DNA from: a virus
Taxonomy: Duplodnaviria; Caudoviricetes
Reading direction: 5' to 3' (one strand)
DNA: 62,030 nucleotides
Virus record (IMG/VR): IMGVR_UViG_3300046167_000632
Coordinates: 1-62,030 of that record
Below the pieces are notes generated by a model that was not told where the DNA came from, ran no database searches, and worked only from the letters and a program-made list of their open reading frames with translations. Below, in pieces: positions 11,415-22,058 of the stretch; the stretch's first letter is position 1, and each line of letters opens with the position of its first letter. A program made the translations under genes and the position numbers.

Positions 11415-12143
11415 ATGGCTATAGACATAAACAAGGTTTATAAAGCTGTTCTAGTTGTACTGGAACAAGAAAAAAGAGGAGTGTTGACGCCTAACGAGTT
11501 CAACAAAATTGCTACTCAAGCACAGCAAGAAATTTTTACTCAATACTTTGATGATTTAAATCAACTACTTGGTATGCCTCAAACCTCATTAGCATACGCT
11601 GATAGGATGGCTTTATTAGATGAAAAAATATCTATATTTAAGAAAAACGAAAACGTTGAACTGATAAATAATATAGCTGAACCTTCGGAAACTGTTCAAG
11701 AATTAGGCTCTGTTATATACAACAGCCCTACTATAGGAGTGCCAGGTAGAGAGGCTCAAAGAATACAGCAATATGAGTTGTTTACAACAAATCAATCTCC
11801 TTTGACTGCACCTACAGAGTTCTACCCTGTGTACATATATGAAGGGAATAAAATAACAATGCACCCAGATAATTTAACAGGTAACAACACTACTGATAAA
11901 GTAATACAATTAAATTACTTGTACTTTCCAGCAGATCCTAAATGGGGATTTGACGTAGATACTGAACTAGGTCATTACGTATATAATGAGTTAGACTCTC
12001 AAGACTTTCAAATACATAAATCAGATCAACCATTGTTGATAGATAAAATACTTAGTTACGCAGGTGTAATGACTAAAGATCAATTTGTAATGTCTTTAGC
12101 TAACGGTAAAGAGCAACAAATAAACGCTAACGATCAAAAATAA
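11415..12143 (+). CDS. tail tubular/ring-type structural protein A1
   Basis: Paralogous to 12798-13614 (MAIDINKVY...TPNEFNK vs MAINVNTVY...TPSEFNK); position in tail module. Confidence 0.65.
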   Translation: MAIDINKVYKAVLVVLEQEKRGVLTPNEFNKIATQAQQEIFTQYFDDLNQLLGMPQTSLAYADRMALLDEKISIFKKNENVELINNIAEPSETVQELGSVIYNSPTIGVPGREAQRIQQYELFTTNQSPLTAPTEFYPVYIYEGNKITMHPDNLTGNNTTDKVIQLNYLYFPADPKWGFDVDTELGHYVYNELDSQDFQIHKSDQPLLIDKILSYAGVMTKDQFVMSLANGKEQQINANDQK

Positions 12144-12148
12144 TAAAC

Positions 12149-12785
12149 ATGGCAGTAACAGATACAAAAACAACAACAGCTTTTATAACGCTGAATGATA
12201 TAATAAATAACTTTATAATATCATACACTGGGCCTGGTAAGCTTATTCCAGATTCAAAAAGAACAGAAGTAATATTTCATGCTAGGCGTTGTCTTCAAGA
12301 ATTTGCTTATGAAACTTTAAAGAGTAAGTTTACAATAGAAGATACAACAATGCCGTCTTCAAATCAACTTAACCTGCCAAAAGACTTTGTAACTACAATT
12401 GAGGTAGGTGCTAAGCCAAACCCAGGAGATCCATTTGAGGTTTTTACTCAAGTAAAATATGATCCAGTAACACCAGGAACTTATGAAGATCCAGGATCTA
12501 ATAATTTTTCAATAGATTACGAATACAAGATTATGTATTTTAGTGTTTCTAACGCAAGTTATGGTGATTTTAAGTTAACGTATTTATCAAACGCTCTTAC
12601 GACGGATGAATCTGCTGCTATTCCAAAGCTAGCTGAAGAAGCTTTATACGCTTGTATGGTTTACGCTATACTAGCAAATAGAGAAAAAGACAAACCCAAA
12701 CTTACTACAAAGATTATTAATAGAAAAAATAGACAAATTAGAAAGATCAAAATCTAGATTAATTTTTACTAACTTTTCTGAATAA
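12149..12785 (+). CDS. tail ring-type structural protein B1 (frameshift near 12695)
   Basis: Paralogous to 13618-14730 (DIINNFI...KRT..IFHA.R...QEF.Y.TLKS; PKLAEEA). Confidence 0.6.
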
Positions 12786-12797
12786 AAACACACCAGT

Positions 12798-13614
12798 ATG
12801 GCAATAAATGTAAATACAGTGTATCAAACAGTTCTGTCAATACTCAACAAAGAGCAGAGAGGTTTTTTAACGCCATCAGAATTCAATAAGTTAGCTTCAC
12901 AGGTACAGTTAGATATATTTGAAAAGTATTTTGAAGATCTTAATCAGCAAATTAGAGTTCCTCAAGCTGACGATGATTATTCCGATAGGTTAATGAATCT
13001 TGATGAAAAAGTAGCTATATTCAAAACATTTGGTGTAGCTACATACAACAATTCCACTAACCCTAAATTAAAATCTTTCTCGCTACCCATTATAAATGAG
13101 TACGGTGATAATGTTGATTTTTATAGGTTAGGAACTGTAACTTATAACCCAGGATCATCTACTCCTATTGAAGTTCAAAGACTAACAAGAACTGAGTTTT
13201 ACAATATAGATAAATCAGATTTAACATTACCTACTGAAAACTTTCCTGTTTATTTATACGAAAACAGAGGTAATGCAAACAACCCCTGGTCAAGCCATTA
13301 ATAGCAATATACAGAATGTATTGTACGTAAAGCCTTTAAGTATAACTAGTGATATAGAGGTTGATTATATTAGAAAACCTATAGATCCTATATGGGGTTT
13401 TACAATTGGTACAAAAGGTCAATATATATTTACTAATAGTTATTATGACCCATCTAATGGTACAGGTTCTATAGACTTCGAACTTCACGAGTCAGAGCAA
13501 GTAAACGTTATATTAAGGATATTATCATATGCTGGTATAATAATAAGAGATCCACAGATAGTTCAAGCAGCTGCTAGAGAAGTTCAACAAAATGAAATAA
13601 ATCAAAAAAGCTAA
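12798..13614 (+). CDS. tail tubular/ring-type structural protein A2 (frameshift near 13290)
   Basis: Fragments 12798-13301 and 13273-13614 together match A1 end to end. Confidence 0.65.
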
Positions 13615-13617
13615 CAA

Positions 13618-14730
13618 ATGGGTTTAATTACAGAAAATAATGCACATTACTACTCTGGTCAACAAGAGTATGTTTCAGACTCAAACGCCTCAAATGTTAG
13701 TATAAAGTGGGTTGGAGACGTTGAGTTAAAGCCAACTATACAGGGCGCTCAAAATTCCAACTATCAGGTATTTATAAACAATCAACTCAAAACAGAGTTT
13801 ACAGACTATAACTTAGTTAATGGTTCTGTTGTTATCACGTCTTTGTTGGCAGGGGATGTAGTGATTATACAGCTTATAGAATCTGCTAGACAAGAGAATT
13901 ATGGATCTTATTCTTATATAAAGCTTGATGATATTATAAATAACTTTATAGTTGCTTACGTAGGTGATGGAAAACTAATACAAAGCTGTAAAAGAACTGA
14001 TTTAATTTTTCATGCTAAAAGAGCAATGCAAGAATTTAGTTATGATACTTTAAAAAGCATTAAATCGCAGGAATTAACTATACCACATAACTTGAGTATT
14101 GTGATACCACAAGACTACGTAAACTACGTTGGTATGTCTTGGTATGACAGTAATGGTGTTGGTCACAAAATCTACCCAACAACGCTAACAACTAATCCAC
14201 TTAAAAAACCAACACAGGACAATCAAGGTATACCAATTCAGGATAGTTTTGGAAATAATATACAAGGTACATCTGTGGTAGAAAAAAGGTGGAAAAATAA
14301 CTTTAATCAAGATATAAATTCAAGCAACATAGATTCTATTAATAACGGTGTGAGCAATGGTTATGGTTCTGCTTACGGCTTAAACCCTCAATACGCGAAC
14401 TCTAATGGTTGGTTTACTATAAACGAAAGAGAAGGTAAGTTTTCATTTTCTTCAAATCTAGTTGATAGATTAATAGTTTTAGAATATATATCTGATGGCT
14501 TAGCTTATGACTTAGACACTAAAGTTCCAAAGCTAGCAGAAGAAGCTATGTATGCATATATGTCTCATGCTGTTTTATCAGGTAGGGCTAACCAGCCAGA
14601 ATACATTGTCAATAGGTTGAAAAAAGAAAAATCTGCTAAACTAAGAAATGCTAAAATAAGATTATCTAACATAAAACCTAGCGAGATAGTTCAGGTTATG
14701 AGAGGTAAATCTAAATGGATAAAACACTAA
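13618..14730 (+). CDS. tail ring-type structural protein B2
   Basis: 370 aa; paralog of B1 with an extra N-terminal beta-rich domain. Confidence 0.65.
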   Translation: MGLITENNAHYYSGQQEYVSDSNASNVSIKWVGDVELKPTIQGAQNSNYQVFINNQLKTEFTDYNLVNGSVVITSLLAGDVVIIQLIESARQENYGSYSYIKLDDIINNFIVAYVGDGKLIQSCKRTDLIFHAKRAMQEFSYDTLKSIKSQELTIPHNLSIVIPQDYVNYVGMSWYDSNGVGHKIYPTTLTTNPLKKPTQDNQGIPIQDSFGNNIQGTSVVEKRWKNNFNQDINSSNIDSINNGVSNGYGSAYGLNPQYANSNGWFTINEREGKFSFSSNLVDRLIVLEYISDGLAYDLDTKVPKLAEEAMYAYMSHAVLSGRANQPEYIVNRLKKEKSAKLRNAKIRLSNIKPSEIVQVMRGKSKWIKH

Positions 14731-14736
14731 AATTAA

Positions 14737-17700
14737 ATGGCTAGTTTCAAGAATATTTTCATAAAGTCCAAGATGAATAAAGATCTTGACGATCGATTAT
14801 TACCTCAAGGAGAATATAGAAATGCAATAAATATACAAATTAGTAAATCAGAGTCTCAAGACGTAGGTGCTTTAGAAAACGTTTTAGGTAATGAAGTAGT
14901 TTTTGATCTTCAGTCTTTTAAAAAAGGTTCTGGTAGAGATCTTGTATGTATAGGTTACTTAGTATCTGAGGTTGACTCTAGTGTTTTTTTGTTTTTAACA
15001 GATAATACAATTGAAAATAACTCCAACGGAGTTTATGATCCTTCTGCTTCAAACTTTATAGTTAGATTAATTATATCACCAAATGCTTCCATACAAAGTG
15101 TAGCTTTAGTTCAAGGTGCTTTTTTAAATTTCTACGAGGGAAATCCTATACATGGTGTTAATTTATTAGAAGATCTTTTATTTTGGACTGATAATAGAAA
15201 TCAACCTAGAAAAATAAGAGTTAGCGCCGCAGCGGATTGGGGTGGTTACTACAGTATAGAAGATACAATATCTGTAGCAAAGTATATGCCTTATAACGCA
15301 CCTGTTCTTTGGCAAGAGAGTAGCGTGGTTGGTGAATATGAAACTACCATGAAAGATGTTGTTAGCGCAGTTTTACCAGACCCTACACTAGCTAATCCAT
15401 ATTACAATGCTAATTATCAAGGTGATCCTGATTACTTAGAGGATAAATTTGTTAGGTTTAGTTATAGATTTAAGTTTGATGACGGTGAGTATTCTGTATT
15501 TGCACCATTTACACAAGAGTGCTTTATACCAAAGCAAGATGGTTACTTTTTGTATACCAACGATGATGATAATGATATGTCAGCAGCTTATAGAAGTACT
15601 GTTGTTGATTTTATGGAAAACAAAGTAAATCAAATTGATTTATTAATAGATTTACCTAAAGTAGGTGATCCAAATTATGTAACAACTCTAGAGAATGTAA
15701 CTAGCCATTTTAAGATAGTAGAGATAGATATATTATATAAAGAATCAGATGGTTTAGCTGTAGCAGTTGTAGACACTATAACACCTGCTCAAATATCAGC
15801 TCAATTTGACTCAGCAAACCCTTCAAATACATATAAGTATACATACTCTGGAACAAAACCTTTTAGAACTCTTCCAGAAGATCAACTAATTAGAGTGTAT
15901 GACAAGGTTCCTGTAAAAGCTTTAGGTCAAGAGATAATAAGCAATAGGATTGTATACAGTAATTTTCAAACAAAACATACACCTCCGGTTGTAGAATATA
16001 ATGTTGGAGCAGGAGCTAAGAAAAGTTTTGATATAACAACAAGTCCAAATAACCAAACTTCGTGGACTACAAGCATAGTAGAATACCCAAATAGCACTTT
16101 AAAACAAAATAGAAACTACCAAGCTGGTTTTGTTTTTTCTGATAGATTTAGTAGAACCACATCTACTGTATTATCAAACTCATCAGACTCAACCGTTTCA
16201 GGGCCAAGCGCTACTCAGTTATCAACAGTTTATTCCGGGTACAACCCTTCAGGTGTAGACATAGGTCAATGGCCAGGTGATTCTTTGTTTATTGACGTAA
16301 AAGAAAAAATACAAACAACACCTATTAATTTAAATCTTTACCCCGGTGTATACAATGGAGATCCTAGTGACCCTAGTTATAATCCTCTAGGCTTTTATAC
16401 TTGGAAAGTTGTTGTAAAACAACAAGAGCAAGATTACTATAATGTATATCTTCCAGGAGCAATAACAGCATATCCAGAAGACGCTACTTTAGAAACGGGT
16501 TTAACTTCTCATATAACGTTATTAAACGACAATATAAATAAAGTACCTAGAGATTTATCTGAGGTAGGTCCTGATCAAAAACAGTTTAGAAGCTCTGTAA
16601 AGTTATTTGGTAGGGTTGAGAATTCAAACGTAACCGCAACAGGAGTAGCTCCTTATAAATTTGGAGTAGTTAATGAACAATATTATCCCTCAAGATCGTC
16701 TGATACGGTTTCTACAGTATCTAATATGTTTGATATGTTTAATATAGATCCCACAGGAACTATTCCTAATGAATACCCAGAGGCTTTTTACGAAGCGGAA
16801 TCAAATCCTTTGATTGGTAGAGTTAGCACATCAAATAAGTTTGGACAAATAGACCCAATAACAGGAAGTTTAACTTATAGTATACAAAATTTAGCTGTTT
16901 ACGAAACAGAGCCGATAGAATCTAGACTAGATATATACTGGGAAACTAGTAGTTCAGGTAAAATAAGTGATTTAAACGATCAAATAGATACAGATGGAAG
17001 CCAAACTATATTTAATATAGTAAATCTTGATTGGTATGTAAACGAATACTTTGGAATATATAGTGGGACCCCTTCCAGCCCAGAGCCCGGAGGAACAACA
17101 GATCAACCATCGGCAGCTAATGGTCTTCTTGGTAGATTTAGATCTGTTGTAACAGGTCAATTTCAATTTGAAGACTCCGTAGGAAATCCAATACAGACCA
17201 TAGTAAACCCATCTTTTACCGTAACTGACGCATCGCCAGGTGGAATAGATCGAACTTCTGATTTTGAATTAATACAGATAACAGGAACTCTTAACGGAGG
17301 AACAGGTAGTTACACTGATTATCAGGGAAATTCAACCCCTGCTTTAGCGGAAGACTCTTTTATAATAGTAAATAAAGCGTATAGAATATACACCTCTGTC
17401 AACGAAGATCAATTTGATTTTGTTGTTACAATAACTGGTACAGACGGAAATCCTACTATAATACCTCCACCACCTCCGTACACTCAGTTTTTTACATCAT
17501 TACCTACTCAAGGTGAAACAGAAGTAGACAACTTAGATACGATAATAGTAGGTGGTGAAACTTTTGGAGATGGAGCTATTTCTTGGGGACAAACTTCAAC
17601 AATAGTTGATTATGCTAAAGCGTGCCCTAACCCTCCTTCTTTACAAGTACCTATTGGATTAGCTACACAGCTTAAATTTTATGGATCTAATGGATCTAAT

Positions 17701-19320
17701 GCTTTATCTGCTGGTTTAAATAATCAAGAGGGTATTGTATGGAATATATCTGAGCAAACACAGGGTGGTAATACTGTTGCGATTTTTACAATAAACAATA
17801 GTGGGGAAATTAGTGACAGCCCGAGTAATCCTGCGCGTGGTGTTTATGATTTAGAAATAACCTTATCTGGCCCAGATAATTCATCTGATACTTGTTCTTT
17901 TCAATTAATTGTAGGTGAAACACCTGCTGATGGTAGCTTTAGTGTTAAAAACGACTTAACACTAAAAGCAAACTATGCTTATATACTAAGTGCTCACAAC
18001 TCAACAACTAATCCTTTTAGTCAATTAACTTCAGGTGCAGGGAATTCATTTACTGAAGTATATCCACTCTTACAAGATATTCCTAATACTGATCTTGTGT
18101 TTGCTCCTGCTTACATACCACCGGTTAATATTGGGCCACCGCCTCCACAAAACCCAAACGAAGGAACTACTACAACTGGATGTTCAGGTGTTCCCAATAG
18201 TCAAGACTATAATTACCTTGAAAGAAATAAAATACCTTCAGGAATAAATGCTAATTTAGCAGGTCCTTTAACTAAAGGTACAGCGTATATTAGCTTGCAG
18301 CCATATTTAGATGCAGCTAAAGGTAGTACAAACTCGACTCCTAACTTTGTAAATAACAACGATGTCTCTTGGGTTATAGAGTATAGAGTAGACTCTAGTT
18401 CACCGTGGGTAGCTGCAAAGGATATAGAAGGAAATGTATTGTCTTTTAACAGCGAAGTTAGTGGGTATGCAAGCCCTACTCAAATAAGTGGAAATACTGG
18501 TATTAATCAAACATTACCAGTACCTAACCCTCCATTTCCTCCAACGACTTCAGAAACAGATATAATTTATGGATCTTCTGAAGGACCTGGATTCGTAGGT
18601 AATTATGCTAATTGGATCAGGGTTGGTGCTGAAAATAACGCTAGCTCGGGAAGTTTCGGGGGAACTTTTGGTAGAGCAAAATATGGTAGATGGGCTGCTG
18701 TAGGTAAGAGCCCTTATTCAAGTGAATCAGATAAATTTGGTGAATACAGGGTTGTTGTGCAAAGAATAGGTGGAAACCAAGACAACTGTCAATCATGTGC
18801 TGCTATACCAGGGAGTTTGAATAATAGTCAAAACAACTTTGCAGGCGCTGGAGCTATTATTGAGACAGGGGATTTTTATTATGACTTAGGTCCTGAAGTT
18901 GCTTTTGGATATAAAATAAATCCAGCATTAAAAAGCAGTCACACTTTAGCTAAAGACGAAACAACTCACAATCAGGTAGTTTATGCTAGAGAAGGTGTGC
19001 ATAGATATGTTACTACTTTTTATACAGATGCTTCACTTCAAACCCCTTATACTGGATATACTCAAGTAAACACTACTACTGATAAATATTTATCTTATAT
19101 TTCTATAGAAAGTGACGGGCAAGATACAAACGGGTTCCCTTATACAACACCTTATAATTCAGGAACAAGTAGCTCGATTAACTCTGGATTAGCTTTAGCT
19201 GCGGAAGGAGCCGGTAGAGATAATGCTACAAACACTACATCTCAGAACTTAAGAACTTGGTCTTGCGAAATGAATCCAACAACTGGTTTAAAAGTAAAAG
19301 CATCTGCGCAACCTAGATAA
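14737..19320 (+). CDS. large tail stabilisation/nozzle-type protein with beta-rich insertions
   Basis: N-terminal 'MNKDLDDRLLPQGEYRNAINI' and 'DLLFWTDNRNQPRKI' resemble crAss-like tail stabilisation proteins. Confidence 0.65.
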   Translation: MASFKNIFIKSKMNKDLDDRLLPQGEYRNAINIQISKSESQDVGALENVLGNEVVFDLQSFKKGSGRDLVCIGYLVSEVDSSVFLFLTDNTIENNSNGVYDPSASNFIVRLIISPNASIQSVALVQGAFLNFYEGNPIHGVNLLEDLLFWTDNRNQPRKIRVSAAADWGGYYSIEDTISVAKYMPYNAPVLWQESSVVGEYETTMKDVVSAVLPDPTLANPYYNANYQGDPDYLEDKFVRFSYRFKFDDGEYSVFAPFTQECFIPKQDGYFLYTNDDDNDMSAAYRSTVVDFMENKVNQIDLLIDLPKVGDPNYVTTLENVTSHFKIVEIDILYKESDGLAVAVVDTITPAQISAQFDSANPSNTYKYTYSGTKPFRTLPEDQLIRVYDKVPVKALGQEIISNRIVYSNFQTKHTPPVVEYNVGAGAKKSFDITTSPNNQTSWTTSIVEYPNSTLKQNRNYQAGFVFSDRFSRTTSTVLSNSSDSTVSGPSATQLSTVYSGYNPSGVDIGQWPGDSLFIDVKEKIQTTPINLNLYPGVYNGDPSDPSYNPLGFYTWKVVVKQQEQDYYNVYLPGAITAYPEDATLETGLTSHITLLNDNINKVPRDLSEVGPDQKQFRSSVKLFGRVENSNVTATGVAPYKFGVVNEQYYPSRSSDTVSTVSNMFDMFNIDPTGTIPNEYPEAFYEAESNPLIGRVSTSNKFGQIDPITGSLTYSIQNLAVYETEPIESRLDIYWETSSSGKISDLNDQIDTDGSQTIFNIVNLDWYVNEYFGIYSGTPSSPEPGGTTDQPSAANGLLGRFRSVVTGQFQFEDSVGNPIQTIVNPSFTVTDASPGGIDRTSDFELIQITGTLNGGTGSYTDYQGNSTPALAEDSFIIVNKAYRIYTSVNEDQFDFVVTITGTDGNPTIIPPPPPYTQFFTSLPTQGETEVDNLDTIIVGGETFGDGAISWGQTSTIVDYAKACPNPPSLQVPIGLATQLKFYGSNGSNALSAGLNNQEGIVWNISEQTQGGNTVAIFTINNSGEISDSPSNPARGVYDLEITLSGPDNSSDTCSFQLIVGETPADGSFSVKNDLTLKANYAYILSAHNSTTNPFSQLTSGAGNSFTEVYPLLQDIPNTDLVFAPAYIPPVNIGPPPPQNPNEGTTTTGCSGVPNSQDYNYLERNKIPSGINANLAGPLTKGTAYISLQPYLDAAKGSTNSTPNFVNNNDVSWVIEYRVDSSSPWVAAKDIEGNVLSFNSEVSGYASPTQISGNTGINQTLPVPNPPFPPTTSETDIIYGSSEGPGFVGNYANWIRVGAENNASSGSFGGTFGRAKYGRWAAVGKSPYSSESDKFGEYRVVVQRIGGNQDNCQSCAAIPGSLNNSQNNFAGAGAIIETGDFYYDLGPEVAFGYKINPALKSSHTLAKDETTHNQVVYAREGVHRYVTTFYTDASLQTPYTGYTQVNTTTDKYLSYISIESDGQDTNGFPYTTPYNSGTSSSINSGLALAAEGAGRDNATNTTSQNLRTWSCEMNPTTGLKVKASAQPR

Positions 19321-19363
19321 CATATAAGCGGTAAAACACTTATAAACATGTAATATATATACT

Positions 19364-20920
19364 ATGGCACTAATAGAAGTAAAATACTATAACTCATTCA
19401 CCTTAAGGAAAAGTGTAGACTCAAACAGCGACATAAAATGGTTTGGTTCTAGAGGTATACCTCAATCTTTAGGTGGCTGGTACCAGACCGGTAATGTTCC
19501 AGAGGATGATAATGACCTAAACTGGGCTATTGAAGAGTCTAGAATTAGAGGCGGTTATAATAATACTTCAACTTCTTTAGGTGCTAAAGCTTACTTAGTA
19601 GAAGATGAGCCTAGTGGTAGTGTTAGAGGTAATGCTATGATATATTCAGGTATATATAACTCTAGAACAGGTATAAATCAAACAAATCAATTTTCTGTAG
19701 GTGAAGAAATAACTAAAGCAACTGATCCGGCTAACGGTAGTATACAAAAGCTATACGCCGAGGATTCTAATTTGGTTATATTTTCAGAGAAAAAAGTAAG
19801 TAGAGCTCTTATTGATAAAGACGCTATATATACGGCTGAAGGGGGAGGTACTTCTGTTAGTCAACTAAACCTAGTGATTGGTCAAATAATACCTTACGCT
19901 GGAAACTGGGGTATAGGAACAAATCCAGAAAGCTTTGCTGTATACGGTTATAGAAAATACTTTGTAGATAAGAACAGAGGAGCTGTTTTAAGGTTGTCTA
20001 GAGACGGTATAACTGAAATATCAAACTATGGTATGATTGACTGGTTTAGAGACAATCTGAGTATTGTAGACTCTTCAAGTTTTGGGCCAGGTAAAATAAT
20101 AGGTGGTTGGGATATATACACTAAGCAATATACTTTATCACTACAACCAAGCACGCCGCTTACATCAAGACCAGAGTTTGGTTCTTTAGAATATAGTACT
20201 CTTCAATTTGATGAAGCTGTTTTAGGTTGGCCTTCTTTTTATACGTTTAAACCTAGATTTACTTTTAGCCTAGCAAACAGAATGTACAGCATAGGTAATC
20301 AAGCTGGTAATTGGAACAAACTATATGTACACAACAGCACAAATGTTGATAGAGCTGAATTCTACGGAGAGTATAATAACTCAAAAGTAACTTTTGTAGT
20401 AAATCCAGAAGTAAGTACAAGTAAAGTTTTTAAAACAATAAGCTATGAAGGTAGTAATGGTTGGGAAGTTTCAGAATATGTTTCAGATGTTACAGGTGTT
20501 GATAGCTATGAGTTGGATAGTGGCGGAAATCCTATATGGATTTTACCACCTAGTTTAATAGATACTACAAACCCAATAAGTAGTTATTATGAAGGTGAAT
20601 ACATAATAAACCCTATACAATCAAGCTCCACATATAACGAGCCTGTTTATAGACCAGACTATGTTAGTACTTTTGGATCTAATAACCCGCCTTATAATAA
20701 AGAATATGCTGGTTTTGTTAGAAAAGAAAATAAATATTATGCTAATCTAGTAAATAATAGCGAAGGTCAAACAATGCCTGGAGAAATTATATTCGGAGAA
20801 GACATGACGGGTATAAAAGGTTACTATTGCACTGTGACTTTACAAAACGATAATAGTACTAACCCCGGTGGAGCTAAAGAGCTTTTTGCTGTAAATTCCA
20901 CTTTTGTCGTTAGTAGCTAA
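19364..20920 (+). CDS. tail stabilisation-type protein, C-terminal partner
   Basis: 'GIGTNPESFAVYG..YFVDKNRGAVLRLSRDGITEIS' and 'KVFKTISYEG' motifs. Confidence 0.6.
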   Translation: MALIEVKYYNSFTLRKSVDSNSDIKWFGSRGIPQSLGGWYQTGNVPEDDNDLNWAIEESRIRGGYNNTSTSLGAKAYLVEDEPSGSVRGNAMIYSGIYNSRTGINQTNQFSVGEEITKATDPANGSIQKLYAEDSNLVIFSEKKVSRALIDKDAIYTAEGGGTSVSQLNLVIGQIIPYAGNWGIGTNPESFAVYGYRKYFVDKNRGAVLRLSRDGITEISNYGMIDWFRDNLSIVDSSSFGPGKIIGGWDIYTKQYTLSLQPSTPLTSRPEFGSLEYSTLQFDEAVLGWPSFYTFKPRFTFSLANRMYSIGNQAGNWNKLYVHNSTNVDRAEFYGEYNNSKVTFVVNPEVSTSKVFKTISYEGSNGWEVSEYVSDVTGVDSYELDSGGNPIWILPPSLIDTTNPISSYYEGEYIINPIQSSSTYNEPVYRPDYVSTFGSNNPPYNKEYAGFVRKENKYYANLVNNSEGQTMPGEIIFGEDMTGIKGYYCTVTLQNDNSTNPGGAKELFAVNSTFVVSS

Positions 20921-20933
20921 ACAATTAAATTAA

Positions 20934-21338
20934 ATGCAATTAAATATTAGAAAATTAAAAGAGAGCGACTGGGAAACCTTATGTTCTTGGTGGGATCAAT
21001 GGCCTGAATGGCATAACCCACCTAGAGATTTTTTACCTGACAATGGTAAAGGAGGTTTAATGGTTGAAAAAGACGTGCCTATTGTGGCAGGTTTCATATA
21101 TTACACTAACTCTAAGGGAGCTTTATTGGAATGGGTTGTATCTAATCCAGATTACAAAGAAGCTGACAGAAAACACGCTATAGCGCTTTTAATAAATGCG
21201 GCTGAAGAAGTTTGTAAGAGCAACGGTGTAAAGTACATGTTCTCTATAGGTAGAAATAAATCATTAATAAATATACATGAAGAGCTTGGGTGGAAAGTAG
21301 ATCCTAGTCACTCTCATGAAATAGTAAAATTCTTTTAA
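20934..21338 (+). CDS. GNAT-fold acetyltransferase-like protein
   Basis: 'IRKLKESDWETL', 'EWVVSNPDY', 'LINIHEELGW' pattern; typical position before ejection proteins. Confidence 0.55.
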   Translation: MQLNIRKLKESDWETLCSWWDQWPEWHNPPRDFLPDNGKGGLMVEKDVPIVAGFIYYTNSKGALLEWVVSNPDYKEADRKHAIALLINAAEEVCKSNGVKYMFSIGRNKSLINIHEELGWKVDPSHSHEIVKFF

Positions 21339-21339
21339 T

Positions 21340-22044
21340 ATGGCAGTATTTTCAGCAATCGGCGGTGCGGTAGCATCAGGAGCAGCTAAGAAGGCAGGTA
21401 AAAGAGCTAGGGCAGACAAGCAAAGAGCTGAAGCTGAGTTAGAGTCTATAAAAAATTCAAGACAAGATATAACAAATCCCTTTGCTTCGACACAAGACCT
21501 TAGTAGTCTAGCATCTGATTTGAGTGGACAATTATCAAATCCTTTTGATGACTTAGGTGTAGCTACAAAAGCAGCCGAAATACAGATAGAACAAGCTGAT
21601 ATATCTCTAGCTAATACCTTAGATACTATAAGAGCTACTGGAGCTAGCGCCGGTGGAGCAACTGCCTTAGCTCAAGCGGCTTTACAAGGTAAGAAAGGTG
21701 TTGCTGCTAACATAGAACAACAAGAAGCTAATAACGAAAAACTAAGAGCTCAAGGAGAGCAAAACTTGATGAACGCTAAAATGTCTGAGCAGCAAAGATT
21801 ACAGAATATCGCTATATCAGAAGGTCAAAGAGTTCAAGCAGCTGACGCTGCTGGTCAACAATTTATGTTCCAGGCTGGTGAAAACAGGGTAAATATGGAT
21901 CTTGACAGGGCATCTGGTCAAATAGATCAAGCACGAGCACAAGAAGCTTCAGCTAACCAAGCTCAAGCTGCCGCTTGGAGTAACGCATTGACTTCAATAG
22001 GTGGTAATGTAACATCAGCAGCCGTTGGAGGTCTTTTTGATTAA
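21340..22044 (+). CDS. internal virion (ejection) protein
   Basis: A/G/Q-rich helical protein with G/A-rich termini. Confidence 0.6.
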   Translation: MAVFSAIGGAVASGAAKKAGKRARADKQRAEAELESIKNSRQDITNPFASTQDLSSLASDLSGQLSNPFDDLGVATKAAEIQIEQADISLANTLDTIRATGASAGGATALAQAALQGKKGVAANIEQQEANNEKLRAQGEQNLMNAKMSEQQRLQNIAISEGQRVQAADAAGQQFMFQAGENRVNMDLDRASGQIDQARAQEASANQAQAAAWSNALTSIGGNVTSAAVGGLFD

Positions 22045-22058
22045 TAAAAAAATAAAAC

